Shown here: positions 50,146 through 60,960 of the stretch, piece after piece
Position numbering within the stretch: position 1 is the first letter of the stretch
How the letters are laid out: every line of letters begins with the position of its first letter
From: Deltaproteobacteria bacterium
GTDB lineage: Bacteria; Desulfobacterota; Syntrophobacteria; Syntrophobacterales; Syntrophobacteraceae
NCBI GenBank assembly: GCA_021813685.1
Contig: JAKAJS010000238.1
Span: forward strand, 842 to 64,841
Reading direction: 5' to 3'
Length of the DNA: 64,000 bases
Notes under the pieces: generated by a model
What the model was told of the DNA's origin: nothing
Seen by the model: only the letters and a program-made list of their open reading frames with translations
Databases searched by the model: none
Position numbers and translations under genes: made by a program

Positions 50146-50434
50146 CATCGCATTTTTTGCCTCGAGTCTTGCTTCCGCTTACCGGAACGGCGCGCGGGAT
50201 ATTCCCGATCCGCCCTGGGCAAAGGTTGTGGTTTATCCGGGAAAGGGGGAAGAGGGCGTTTTGCAGGCGGTCGAAAGCGCAAACGGGGCCGACGGGGTCG
50301 GCGTTTTCGACGAATTGCTCGAATCCGCCGTGCTCAATTTGAAAAGGAGCACCAATCGGGTCGTTTTCTGGGATGTGGACGCGCCTCGGGACCATATTCC
50401 CGCCGGAACACGACAGTCTGGCCACCCGCAATAG
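50129..50434 (+). pseudogene. truncated, internally deleted CgeB-like glycosyltransferase
   Basis: IAFFASSLASAYRNGA / RDIPDPPWA / GVGVFDELLE / FWDVDAP with gaps; truncated. Confidence 0.7.
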
Positions 50435-50695
50435 CGCAGGTATGACTCCGACGCCCTGGAAGTTTCGGGCAGCCGTCTCCTTTGCACATATATGTTGGCC
50501 CATCCGATCCGGGGGAACTATCTTCAATGAGAGGTGAGGTTTACATCGCGGTTCGAGGGGGTATAATTTGTTTAATTATATATTCGAGTACTTGCATGGT
50601 ACGAGACCATGCGGCAACGATGTTTTGGCCGGATCCGGCGCAAATTCCGCCCTTTTCATGATGGCCCAACGGGTCCTGCCCGAAAAGGAAGGATA

Positions 50696-53600
50696 ATGAT
50701 TACACGATTGACGCCCGGAAATAAGCCAGCCGATCGAGATGTTGCCTTGATGGCTCCATCAGCGACTGATTTCAGCGACCTGCCGCGCAGAATCACAAGC
50801 TACGAAATTATCGGAAAGATTGGCGAAAGCCATCGGGCTACGGTCTATAAGGCGCGCGATAAAAAAGACCCGAACCGGTCGGTAGTGCTCAAGGTCCTCA
50901 AGACGACCAATTTGTCCCCGAAAATGATATCTCTTTTCAAACAGAGAATCGAGTATCTCGGCGTTCTCAACGATCCCGGCGTTATCACGCCCACTGCCAT
51001 GGAAGTGGAGCAGGGAATTTGCTTCATAGTGCATGATTATTTTGACGGTGTCTCCCTGGACAAGCTGTTGGGAACGGAAACCAGGCTCGAGGATTTTTTC
51101 ATACTGGCCTGCGGACTGACCGGCACCCTGGAAAAGGTTCATGAGGCCGGGTTTATCCATGCCGGCATAAAACCTCACAACATTCTCGTAAAACCCGACA
51201 CGCTCGAAACAAGGCTGATAGACTTTGTGCGACCGTTCGATGTGAGCGACTTGAGCCATTTCATCTACGAACATTCCTTTGTCAGGCAAACCCTGGCTTA
51301 TACCTCCCCGGAACAAACAGGGCGCATCAATCACAGGGTGACTTTCGCTTCCGACCTCTATTCTTTGGGGATCATATTCTATGAACTGTTGAACGGGGCT
51401 CCCCCGTTCCTGTCTGAGGACCCGCTGGAGCTGATCCACTCCCATCTTGCCAGGGAACCTGCCAGGCTTCCTATGCTACACCCGAAAATTCCCGGGATCT
51501 TACATAAAATCGTCGCCAAACTTCTTCTAAAACAGCCGGAGAAACGCTATCAAAGCTGCCGCGGTCTTCTTGCCGATCTGGAGCGATGCCGGGATGAATA
51601 TTCCTTTACCGGCTCCATCTATGAATTCCCTCTTGAAGGCTCTGCTCATGCGTCCACGTTCGGCTTCACTTCGAAGTTGGTGGGCCGCCAAAAAGAAAAA
51701 GCGGTCATCCTCGAAGAATATGAGCAGGCTGCGAAGGGGAATTTTCGCGGATTGTTGATTTCCGGACTGCCAGGCATTGGAAAGACCAGGCTGGTTCAGG
51801 AACTGGAAAAATCACTTGTAGAACACAGGGGTTATTTCACATCGGGAAAATTTGACGCCTACCAGAAAAATATCCCTTACAGCTCCCTCATCCAGGCGTT
51901 CAAAAACCTGATACGGGTCTTCCTTACCGAAAGAGACGACAGGGTCGAGCTATGGAAAGCGAGGATTTTGAATGCTGTCGGGAAAAACGGGAAAGTTCTG
52001 GCGGACATCATACCCGGTTTGGAAGTCCTTATCGGTCCTCAGCCCGAAATCCAGGCGCTTCCGCCTGCCGAGTCTCTTAAAAGGTTCCACGATACTTTCG
52101 ACAGATTTCTTGCCTCCCTCGCGGGTGAGGACAATCCCCTGACTCTGTTTGTAGACGACCTGCAATGGTGTGATACGGCCTCACTGGATTTTTTAGCAAA
52201 TCTGTTCGAAAACCATCGAGATCACCCTTACCTTTTCTTCCTTGGGGCATATCGCGAAAATGAAGTGGCCGCATGGCATCCTCTTTCCAATTTCCTCCGC
52301 AATGTCGGCAATCGCGGTCAACCATTGAGGGAAATGAGCTTAGGGCCCCTGCGACTCGCTCCCTGCCACAGGATGATATCCAATATTTTCAACTCTACAC
52401 TTGCACAAACGAAGGAGTTGTCTGACTTCATATACGCTCTCAGTGAAGGCAATCCTCTTTTCGTTACCGAAAGTCTCTCCTATCTGTATAACGAAAACCT
52501 TCTGTTTCTCGACGAAGACAGAAAATGGCGATGGGACTTCGACCGCATCCGCCGGTCCAGCATGCCTGCGACTGTTGTCGCCCTCTTTCGCTTGAAGATC
52601 TCCAAGCTTTCGCCCGATCTTGGTTCGGCACTGGAATATGGCGCGTGCATAGGCAGCGCGTTTTCGCCAACCGAACTGTCATCGGTCATGGAAATGAGTC
52701 CGATTGAAACCTTCAATGTGTTGAAACCGGCCCTGCAGCAGGGACTGCTGACAGAAAACGGCAATCAATTGCAGTTCATCCACGATCGCGTCCAGGAAGC
52801 GGCGTTATCGCTCATACCAGAGGCCCGGTTGCGTCGGATACACAAGCAGATCGGCAGGCATCTTCTTGCTTCCGTTCCACCGGAGGCTGATCTGGAAAAA
52901 GTCGAAAACCTCTTTACCATCGTCTCCCACCTTAACCTGGGAAGGGAGCAGCGCCTCCAGATCGAAGAGGCCTGCTTTTTGTCTGATGTCAATTATCATG
53001 CCGGCAGCAGGGCCTTTGATTCCCTGGCTATCGAAGCGGCGAACAATTACTTCGGAATTTCCCTGGAATTACTGCCCCCGGATTGTTGGGAGGATGAACA
53101 CTATGAGAGAACTTTCAGAAAATTTCAGAAGGCGGCAAAGACCGAGTTGATGTGCGGGAATTCTGAAAAATCCGAAAGGCTGCTAAATGAATTGCTCGAC
53201 CATGCGAGATCGGAACTCGATAAAGTCGAATGTCTTGCGGAACAGACCGTCTCGCTCTCATCGACGGGCAATTTAGCCAAGGCCATAGAGACGGCCAAAA
53301 GGGGCCTTGCCCACTTCGGTTATACGGTTCCGGTTGATTTGAAGGAAGTAGAGGTGATGAGACAGGCCCTGATGGATGAAATTCACTCACGGAATGTCAG
53401 TATCCCGGAAACCTATCTCAACATGCCCTTTGCCGAGGATAGAAGGAGCCGGATCGAACACGCCTTTTACAGCGACCTTCTCGCCGATCTCTATATTTCC
53501 GGTCGCCTGCCTGAGGTCTATCTGGTGGCGGCAATGGCCATCCTGCATTGCCTCTCTGCAGGAATGGACGAATCGGTTATGTACGCATTTACCGCCATGG

Positions 53601-56212
53601 CCATATATTTCGCCGAAAAGGAGGAGTTCGAGCAATCCTTTCTTTATGAAGATCTGACCGGCGAGCTTGCGGCCAAATACCCCAATACCTTTGGGGCCAC
53701 CAAGTGCATGACCGGTAGAGCAGTTACTCTCATGCACTCGCGTAGCAGCCCCGGGGAGATCGCCGACTACTGCAGAAAGGCCATTCAGTGCGGAAAGAGT
53801 TGCGGAGATCTCAACAATGCCGGCTACTCCTACGGCGCTTTGATGTGGAACCTTCAGATACTGGGACAAAATCTTTCGGGCATCGAGGACTACATTCGAG
53901 AATGTCTCCAATTTGCCAATAGATATCATCTGCCGATTCCGGGGGGAATCGCCGAGGCGATGGAGGCCGGTTGGGTCGCGCCCATGCGCAAAGACTTTTC
54001 TCCCCTTTCCAAGGAAGCAAAGCTCAAGAAGTGGGAGAAGAACAATGACTGGATTTCCGCAGGGAGCTTTTGTTTCCATGCGGCCATGGCCCATTATTAT
54101 GTGGGGGAGCATGAAGAGGCCGGGAGATATCTGGCGCGGGCGCAAAACTACCTGCCGGCGCTTTCCAACACCGTGATTCAAAGAGAGTGGCGTGTCTTCA
54201 AGGTATTGAATGCGCTCAAATTATACGAAAAGGCGGGGCGCTTTGTAAACGAGGGTGAATTGATGGCCGAAATCGGCCCCAATCTTGACAAGATAAGGAT
54301 GCTGGCGAGGCTTGGGCCTTTGCTCAAACCATTTCTGGCCTTTATCGATGCAGAACTCGAACGGGTCCTGGGGGAACCGAGCAAGGCCAGGGGCCTTTAT
54401 CTGGATGCCATAGACGTCGCTCACGACCATGGCTACTCTTTCCTGGAGGCCCATCTTCATGAAATTCTCGGCAATTTTCTCCTCGATAAGGGCAAGGCAT
54501 CCTACAGGCCCTATTTCATCGAGGCTGCTCGTTTGTACAGGGAATGCGGTGCGGAGAGGAAAGAAGCGCTGCTTATTCAAAAACATCCTGATTATTTCGG
54601 GGAGCAAAAAACCTTCCATAAGGATGCCGAATCAGTGGATTTTCCGCCTTCCACCCTCCCCAACCTCGATGTCAATTACCTGATGAAGTCGTCACTGGCC
54701 ATTTCAGCCGAAATAGAACAGGAAAAGTTGCTGAAAAAGATAATGGATGCCGTAATAGAAAGCTCCGGGGCCCAACATGGTTACCTGCTGATCGCGGAGC
54801 AAGATAGATTGTCTGTCCGCGCGCAAAGTCACCTGTTTCAAGCGCATGCGCCAGAGGTGCCGGGCTTGGAACTCGATAAGGTTCCGGACATCTGCAAGTC
54901 CATTGTTCGCTATGTGTACAGGACCGGAGAAAAGCTAATCCTGACCGATGCCGCCCGGGAAGGAGCCTTTAGAGACGATCCGGAGGCGCGCAGATTGCAT
55001 TTGCGCTCTGTGCTTTGCCTGCCGGTGGTCAGGCAATTGAAGACAATTGGGATATTGTACCTCGAAAACCGCCTCTCGGATTCGGTTTTCACATCCGAGA
55101 AGACTCAAATCACAGAACTGCTGACCTTGCAGGCTGCCATCTCGTTGGAAAATGCCACCCTTTTCATTAAGCATGAACAAGCTGAACAGGCGTTGCAAGC
55201 CAGTGAAAATGAACTGCGGCTGATAATGGATGCCGCACCCGCATTAATTTCTTATGTAAACTCCGACCACAGGTACCGTCGTGTAAATAAGAGCTACGAG
55301 CGATGGTTCGGCAAAAGCGGGAATGAAATCCAAGGTCGTCACGTTCGGGAAGTGCTTGGCGACATTGTCTGGCAGACAGCAAAGCCAAACATCGATAGAG
55401 TACTCTCGGGCGAGCAGGTCGCGTTTCAGCATCAATTGCCTGTAGCCGACGGTGGAACGAAGTGGGTAGAAGTTACGCTCGTGCCCGACCATGACGAGTC
55501 GGGGCGGGTTTGCGGGTTTGTCGTTCATGCCTCCGATATCGAGGAGATGAAAAGGGCCGAAGAGGCAATAAAGCAATCTCTTAAAGAAAAAGTGATCCTG
55601 CTCAAGGAAATTCACCACCGCGTGAAAAACAGCCTCCAGATAATCCAAAGCCTGCTTAACCTGCAACTGCCCTATATAAAGGACGAGAAGGCCATCGAGA
55701 TATTCAAGGAAAGCCAAAACAGGATCTTTTCGATGGCTCTTATCCACGAAAAATTATATGGGTCCGAATCATTGGCCAGGATAGATCTTTACGATTATTT
55801 CAAAAGCCTCATAGCCAACCTTTTCGCTTCGTACGGTGTAAACGAGAGGGCTATAAAGGCGAAAATAGAAGTAAACAATGTGGTTTTGGACATTAATACT
55901 TTGATCCCCAGCGCTCTAATCATTAATGAGCTGGTCTCGAATTCACTAAGACACGGCTTTCCGGATTCCTGGAAACTAACGGGGGCCAAAGGCCAAATTG
56001 GTATAGAGATCCGGCATGATCCTTTACAGGGAATCACACTTGTGGTCGGAGACGATGGTGTGGGTCTGCCGGCCGGTTTCTCGATGCTGGAATCGAAGTC
56101 GCTCGGTTTAAAAATCGTGAATGTGCTGGTGAAGCAATTAGGGGGCACGATCCATCACGATGCGCACGGAAAGGCGGAATTCAGGATCACATTTCCACAA
56201 AGCATCGAATGA
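50696..56212 (+). CDS. multidomain Ser/Thr-kinase-like / AAA (STAND) / GAF / PAS / HisKA_2 histidine kinase
   Basis: Kinase fold (YTSPEQTGR, SDLYSLG), GLPGIGKT, LFVDDLQW, GAF (LYLENR), PAS, EIHHRVKN, NELVSN, DDGVG. Confidence 0.93.
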   Translation: MITRLTPGNKPADRDVALMAPSATDFSDLPRRITSYEIIGKIGESHRATVYKARDKKDPNRSVVLKVLKTTNLSPKMISLFKQRIEYLGVLNDPGVITPTAMEVEQGICFIVHDYFDGVSLDKLLGTETRLEDFFILACGLTGTLEKVHEAGFIHAGIKPHNILVKPDTLETRLIDFVRPFDVSDLSHFIYEHSFVRQTLAYTSPEQTGRINHRVTFASDLYSLGIIFYELLNGAPPFLSEDPLELIHSHLAREPARLPMLHPKIPGILHKIVAKLLLKQPEKRYQSCRGLLADLERCRDEYSFTGSIYEFPLEGSAHASTFGFTSKLVGRQKEKAVILEEYEQAAKGNFRGLLISGLPGIGKTRLVQELEKSLVEHRGYFTSGKFDAYQKNIPYSSLIQAFKNLIRVFLTERDDRVELWKARILNAVGKNGKVLADIIPGLEVLIGPQPEIQALPPAESLKRFHDTFDRFLASLAGEDNPLTLFVDDLQWCDTASLDFLANLFENHRDHPYLFFLGAYRENEVAAWHPLSNFLRNVGNRGQPLREMSLGPLRLAPCHRMISNIFNSTLAQTKELSDFIYALSEGNPLFVTESLSYLYNENLLFLDEDRKWRWDFDRIRRSSMPATVVALFRLKISKLSPDLGSALEYGACIGSAFSPTELSSVMEMSPIETFNVLKPALQQGLLTENGNQLQFIHDRVQEAALSLIPEARLRRIHKQIGRHLLASVPPEADLEKVENLFTIVSHLNLGREQRLQIEEACFLSDVNYHAGSRAFDSLAIEAANNYFGISLELLPPDCWEDEHYERTFRKFQKAAKTELMCGNSEKSERLLNELLDHARSELDKVECLAEQTVSLSSTGNLAKAIETAKRGLAHFGYTVPVDLKEVEVMRQALMDEIHSRNVSIPETYLNMPFAEDRRSRIEHAFYSDLLADLYISGRLPEVYLVAAMAILHCLSAGMDESVMYAFTAMAIYFAEKEEFEQSFLYEDLTGELAAKYPNTFGATKCMTGRAVTLMHSRSSPGEIADYCRKAIQCGKSCGDLNNAGYSYGALMWNLQILGQNLSGIEDYIRECLQFANRYHLPIPGGIAEAMEAGWVAPMRKDFSPLSKEAKLKKWEKNNDWISAGSFCFHAAMAHYYVGEHEEAGRYLARAQNYLPALSNTVIQREWRVFKVLNALKLYEKAGRFVNEGELMAEIGPNLDKIRMLARLGPLLKPFLAFIDAELERVLGEPSKARGLYLDAIDVAHDHGYSFLEAHLHEILGNFLLDKGKASYRPYFIEAARLYRECGAERKEALLIQKHPDYFGEQKTFHKDAESVDFPPSTLPNLDVNYLMKSSLAISAEIEQEKLLKKIMDAVIESSGAQHGYLLIAEQDRLSVRAQSHLFQAHAPEVPGLELDKVPDICKSIVRYVYRTGEKLILTDAAREGAFRDDPEARRLHLRSVLCLPVVRQLKTIGILYLENRLSDSVFTSEKTQITELLTLQAAISLENATLFIKHEQAEQALQASENELRLIMDAAPALISYVNSDHRYRRVNKSYERWFGKSGNEIQGRHVREVLGDIVWQTAKPNIDRVLSGEQVAFQHQLPVADGGTKWVEVTLVPDHDESGRVCGFVVHASDIEEMKRAEEAIKQSLKEKVILLKEIHHRVKNSLQIIQSLLNLQLPYIKDEKAIEIFKESQNRIFSMALIHEKLYGSESLARIDLYDYFKSLIANLFASYGVNERAIKAKIEVNNVVLDINTLIPSALIINELVSNSLRHGFPDSWKLTGAKGQIGIEIRHDPLQGITLVVGDDGVGLPAGFSMLESKSLGLKIVNVLVKQLGGTIHHDAHGKAEFRITFPQSIE

Positions 56213-56251
56213 GCCAGGAGCAACCGTGTTTGGGCTCACAGGAATAAGAGA

Positions 56252-58321
56252 ATGGAACCATTTCGAATTGCCATTGTTGAGGATGAAGGAATCGTTGCCT
56301 TGGATATTCAAGACCGCCTGGCCGTCATGGGCTATCAGACGGTTGGTTGCGCGGCCACCCGGGAGGGCGCCGTGACGCTTGTCGATGAGGAACGCCCTGA
56401 CCTGGTTTTATTGGATATCCGCCTGCAGGGTAACGGCGACGGCATCGATGCCGCAATTGAGATTCGCAATCGGTTCAAGCTGCCGGTTATCTTCTTAACG
56501 GCATATTCCGAAGATGCGACCCTGGAACGCGCCAAATTGGCCGAACCTTCCGGCTATATCCTCAAGCCCTTCAACGACAGGGAGCTGAAGTCCACGATCG
56601 AGATCGCCCTGTATAAGCACCGCGCCGAGGAGGAAATCCGCCGAATGACCCGGTTATTTGACGTTTTGAGTCAGATAAACCAAGCGGTTGCCCGCCTCAG
56701 GAACAGGGATGAACTGTTGGAGGCCATCTGCCGCCAAATGGTGGAACGGGGCGCGATCGACCTGGCATGGATAGGCTGGCTCGATGCGGAGAGTTCCCGG
56801 ATTGTGCCGGTGGCAGCTTTTGGAGATCAGAGCGAAATGCCGGCAGTGTTTGATTACTCCCTATCCGAAGGGCAAGACAATCCGGGAGAGGTAATTCGAG
56901 AAGGCAAGCCGTTTGTGTGCAACAAGTGCAACAGTCGTGAGTGTCCTTTGCCGGGAGTCAACGCGTCCGGTCGGTCGCGCTTTGAATCCCGCGCCTCCTT
57001 CCCGCTCAAGTGTGGGGGCGAAGTCTGCGCCGTTCTGACTCTCTGTGTGGCTCAACCGGAATTTTTTCGGGAACGGGAACTCGAACTGCTAAAGGAGGTC
57101 GCACTGGATGTATCCTTTGCGCTCGACAAGATCGAAGGAGATCTCCAACGGGAGAATGTAAGCAGGCAGTATCAGCACCAGTCGGTGTTTCTGGCCACAC
57201 TCATGGATGCCATGCCTTTTCCCGTGCTGTACAAAGATGCCGCGCGCCGATACCTGGGGTGCAACAGGGCTTTTGAAAAATTCGCGGGACTCGGGAGGGA
57301 TCAAATTATCGGCAAGACCGTATACGAAATCTTACCTCAGGAACTCGCCCGCCTGCACGATGGCCATGATAGTGACTTGCTGGGCAAAATGAGTCCCCAA
57401 CCTGAGGTGTACGAAGCAACCTTGCGCTCCGGCGATGGGAGTTGCCGTCACATTCTGGTACACAAGGCTTTGTTCCGGAACCACAACGGCGCGTTTGAAG
57501 GTATAATCGATGTAATGGAGGACGTCACGGATAAAAAGCTGGCCGAACAGAAGCGAGAGATGATGGAGGAGGCGCTCCGCAGGTCCCACGATGAACTCGA
57601 AAGCCGTGTTAGAGAGCGAACGGATGAACTGAACCAGGCAAACATGCAACTGCGCTCATTTCCAGCAAAGCTTCTATCAGTTCAAGAGGAGGAGAGAAAA
57701 AGGCTGGGGGCTGAACTCCACGACAGTGTAGGACAGACTTTAGCCGCAGTGAAGTATAGCGTGGAATTGGCGCTGAAGTTCAGGAACAGCGGCGATATCA
57801 ATGCCGCTTTCAATCACCTGGAGCAACTTGTTCCCATTCTTCAACGTTCGATAGAAGAGACCCGAAATATTTACATGGGGCTTCGCCCTACGATACTGGA
57901 CAGCTCGGGACTTTTGGCCACAATCACGTGGCTGCGTCAAGAGAATCTGCGACTCTTTCCCTCCTTGCACATTGAATTTGAAACCACCCTCAAGGAAGAA
58001 GATATTCCGGAAATCTTAAAGGTCCCGATATTTAGAATAATCCAGGAGTCATTAAACAATATCACCAAGCACAGCCGTTCGGAATGGGTCGATATTTCGC
58101 TGGCAAAGAATGGAGATGGGATAGAACTGGTCGTCTCCGATGACGGTGTGGGAATGAATGTGAGCCAGGTCCTTCGAAGCTGCCATGCCAGAAGCCTCGG
58201 ACTCACCAGTATGATGGAAAGGGCCAGACTTTCAGGCGGAAGATTGTCAGTCGAGTCCACCCCGGGCGAGGGGACTTCAGTCCACGCATTTTGGCCGAAA
58301 AACGGGGGAATGGGGGAATAG
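56252..58321 (+). CDS. REC-GAF-PAS-HisKA_3 hybrid sensor kinase
   Basis: IVEDE...LLDI...KP receiver, GAF, PAS, ERKRLGAELHDSVGQ, QESLNNITKHS, DDGVG. Confidence 0.93.
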   Translation: MEPFRIAIVEDEGIVALDIQDRLAVMGYQTVGCAATREGAVTLVDEERPDLVLLDIRLQGNGDGIDAAIEIRNRFKLPVIFLTAYSEDATLERAKLAEPSGYILKPFNDRELKSTIEIALYKHRAEEEIRRMTRLFDVLSQINQAVARLRNRDELLEAICRQMVERGAIDLAWIGWLDAESSRIVPVAAFGDQSEMPAVFDYSLSEGQDNPGEVIREGKPFVCNKCNSRECPLPGVNASGRSRFESRASFPLKCGGEVCAVLTLCVAQPEFFRERELELLKEVALDVSFALDKIEGDLQRENVSRQYQHQSVFLATLMDAMPFPVLYKDAARRYLGCNRAFEKFAGLGRDQIIGKTVYEILPQELARLHDGHDSDLLGKMSPQPEVYEATLRSGDGSCRHILVHKALFRNHNGAFEGIIDVMEDVTDKKLAEQKREMMEEALRRSHDELESRVRERTDELNQANMQLRSFPAKLLSVQEEERKRLGAELHDSVGQTLAAVKYSVELALKFRNSGDINAAFNHLEQLVPILQRSIEETRNIYMGLRPTILDSSGLLATITWLRQENLRLFPSLHIEFETTLKEEDIPEILKVPIFRIIQESLNNITKHSRSEWVDISLAKNGDGIELVVSDDGVGMNVSQVLRSCHARSLGLTSMMERARLSGGRLSVESTPGEGTSVHAFWPKNGGMGE

Positions 58322-58474
58322 GTGAATGGGGGGATGGGGGCTCTTGGCGGTCTCGTTCCAGTCTGCGGCGGGACTCCGCTGCCGGGTTGTCCGCCTGCTT
58401 TGCGGGCGGGCAGGGTAGAAGAAGCGCGCCGCGTCACCGTTTAATGCCCTCTCTTTTCTTCGGCTTTTTTCTGC

Positions 58475-58960
58475 TTACCAGTTTGTTGAAACGGCTCTCA
58501 CTGCCTCCCTTGGATTCCTGGCAGAGAAATGCAAGATCGCTTTTGCAGTACGATGGAGTCTGTCAAACCATGCCTCGGTGCTCGGGCGGTGGCTGTCCGC
58601 CCAGCTGATGCCGGTACTAAGATATCTTACGCCTGGCTTGCGCAGCCACTTTACGGCGCTTTCCAGACGGGGATCTTCGAAATGAAACCATTGGCAGATT
58701 CGCAGTTCGGGCGTGTAGTGATGAAAAAGAGGAACGGAGAGTTTGGGCGTTCCGTCCTCCCGGAGAAGCCCCAGGTAACAATGGCGGTAATAGGAGGAGC
58801 CCTCCGTTTCCCGGTGCCGGGTGGTGGCCGGCCAGGCGCGCGGCAGATCGAACAGGCTGTACCAGTGGATTCGTTCCGCGCGTCCGAGCAGGAGTTCCGC
58901 CGAGCGCCTGAGGCCGAACTCCTGCACCTCTTCGAGATTGGAAACGATGGAAACCCCCGG
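58475..58960 (-). pseudogene. fragment of beta-xylosidase-like glycoside hydrolase
   Basis: EEVQEFGLRR...WYSLFDLP...SYYRH...CQWFHFED...TGISWAD; both ends missing. Confidence 0.65.
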
Positions 58961-59007
58961 AGAAGAGACTCGACACAGGCCTTGTTGGGCACCCACGGAA
59001 AAGGAGA

Positions 59008-60132
59008 TCAACCGGCGGGCGCCTTCTTTTCCCGGGAATCTTTATGGCGGTTCCAGGGCCACTTTTTCCCCCGCAACCTGTTCCCTTCCTCCTCCAATCT
59101 ATGGAACTCCTGCAACAATTCCTTCTGGCGGGGGGAAATGTCTTTGGGGATTTCGACCCCCACTTCGATGAGATAGTCGCCCCGGCCGCGTCCCCGCAGC
59201 TTCGGAACTCCCTCGCCTTCAAGACGCATCAGCGTCCCGTGCTGGGTCCCGGGTGGAATCTCCACTGACTTTGGTCCGTTGAGAGAGGGGATCTCCACCG
59301 TGTCGCCACAGATGGCCTGCACAAGGGAGAGGGAGATTTTGCAGTGAAGGTTGTCGCCCGCCCGTTGAATCTGCTCGTGAGGAGTCACTGCGAACCGGAC
59401 ATACAGGTCGCCGGTGCCGCCGCCCCGATAGCCGCTCTCCCCCTGGCCTCGAATCCTCAGCTGCGTGTCCGAATCCACACCGGCGGGTACTTTCACCTGG
59501 ACCGATTTTTTCTGTTTTGTTCGTCCCTGACCCCGGCATTCTTGACAGGGGGTTTCCAAGACCTTTCCGGCGCCCTGGCATCGCGCGCATCCCGTGCTGA
59601 TCTGGAAAAAGCCCCGGGACTGTACGATCTGGCCCGTTCCCCGGCAGGCCGGGCAGGTCGTCTCCCTGCTTCCCGGTTCGGCTCCCGAGCCGCCGCAGTG
59701 CGTGCAGGCGCAATTGGTCTCTATTTCCACCTCTTTTTGGGCGCCGAAGAATGCTTCCTCAAAACTCAGAGTAATGGAGACGAGCAAATCGTTGCCGGGC
59801 CTTGCGGAGGTCGTCTGTCGGCGCCCCTGGTTGAAGGAGAATTGAAAGATATCGCCAAAGGCGCTGAAGATATCCTCAAACCCCCCGAAACCATTGAATC
59901 CATTGCCTTTGAGGCCCTCATGGCCGTATTGGTCATAAAGTCGCCTCTTTTGCGCATCATGCAAAACCTCGTACGCCTCGGCGGCTTCCTTGAACATTTC
60001 CTCCGCCTGCTTGTCCCCGGGGTTGCGATCGGGGTGGTATTTGAGCGCAAGCTGCCGGTAGGATTTCTTGATCTCCTCTTCGCCGGCCTGCCGCGACACA
60101 CCCAGGATATGGTAGTAATCTCTTTTTTCCAT
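59008..60132 (-). CDS. dnaJ: molecular chaperone DnaJ
   Basis: HPD J domain, G/F region, four CxxCxGxG repeats, C-terminal domain. Confidence 0.95.
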   Translation of the reverse strand: MEKRDYYHILGVSRQAGEEEIKKSYRQLALKYHPDRNPGDKQAEEMFKEAAEAYEVLHDAQKRRLYDQYGHEGLKGNGFNGFGGFEDIFSAFGDIFQFSFNQGRRQTTSARPGNDLLVSITLSFEEAFFGAQKEVEIETNCACTHCGGSGAEPGSRETTCPACRGTGQIVQSRGFFQISTGCARCQGAGKVLETPCQECRGQGRTKQKKSVQVKVPAGVDSDTQLRIRGQGESGYRGGGTGDLYVRFAVTPHEQIQRAGDNLHCKISLSLVQAICGDTVEIPSLNGPKSVEIPPGTQHGTLMRLEGEGVPKLRGRGRGDYLIEVGVEIPKDISPRQKELLQEFHRLEEEGNRLRGKKWPWNRHKDSREKKAPAG

Positions 60133-60166
60133 CTGGAACGGTTTTCTCCTCAATAGACCCTGTCTT

Positions 60167-60829
60167 TTACACTTGGCTCACCCGGATGCGAATGATCAGG
60201 AAAACCCCGGGACGGCTGACCTCGAACGTCGTACCATCTATTACTCCGGCAGGGATCTTTATGCGAATGGTTTCTTTCCCCTCGACGATTCCCCGGCCGT
60301 TGCAGGAGGCGCAGCTCCAACGCCCTCTACGACCCGCGCCGCCACAGGATCGGCACTGCAGGAGTGCGGGGCAGGGAATCGGCAGGATGCCGCCTCGCCC
60401 GGCTTCCTCTCGCGAGAGTTCCACCTCGATATCCGGAGGCCTTTCTCCTGGAGACGGCCGGCTTCCCCGACCCCATCCCATAAGATATTCGAAGAGGTCA
60501 AATATTTCTTCGGCCCGCGAGGCGCCGAAGGGCGATCGCCGAGTACGCAGGGCCGCTGCGCCTTCAAACGTTTCGCCTCGTTCCTTTTTTACGCGCACTT
60601 CGGTCCGACACTCCGAGTCTAGAAGTATCCGGTTGTAGCACACCCGGGATTCGGGGTCCGAGAGTACCGAATAGGCCTCGACAATCTCCTGAAATTCGCG
60701 TGTCTTTTCAGGACCCGATACGTCCGGATGGCATTTTTTCGCAAGCTCCCGGAACGCCGTTCTGATCCCGCAGTCATCCACACTCCGCTTCACCCCGAGG
60801 GTCTTGTAGTGATCCTTTACTCCTCTCAT
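60167..60829 (-). CDS. short DnaJ-like protein (J domain plus two Zn-finger repeats)
   Basis: [25 protein letters not shown]. Confidence 0.85.
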   Translation of the reverse strand: MRGVKDHYKTLGVKRSVDDCGIRTAFRELAKKCHPDVSGPEKTREFQEIVEAYSVLSDPESRVCYNRILLDSECRTEVRVKKERGETFEGAAALRTRRSPFGASRAEEIFDLFEYLMGWGRGSRPSPGERPPDIEVELSREEAGRGGILPIPCPALLQCRSCGGAGRRGRWSCASCNGRGIVEGKETIRIKIPAGVIDGTTFEVSRPGVFLIIRIRVSQV

Positions 60830-60960
60830 GGTTCTGCCCTCCGAAGCACGGAAGTTCCTACAGCAAAAGCGGTTTGCTAGCACTATAATGATACGAGTGC
60901 CAAAAGATATTTTTTACCGACTTTTCCCAAAAGTCAAGAGAGGCACGGCGGAATTCGCGA

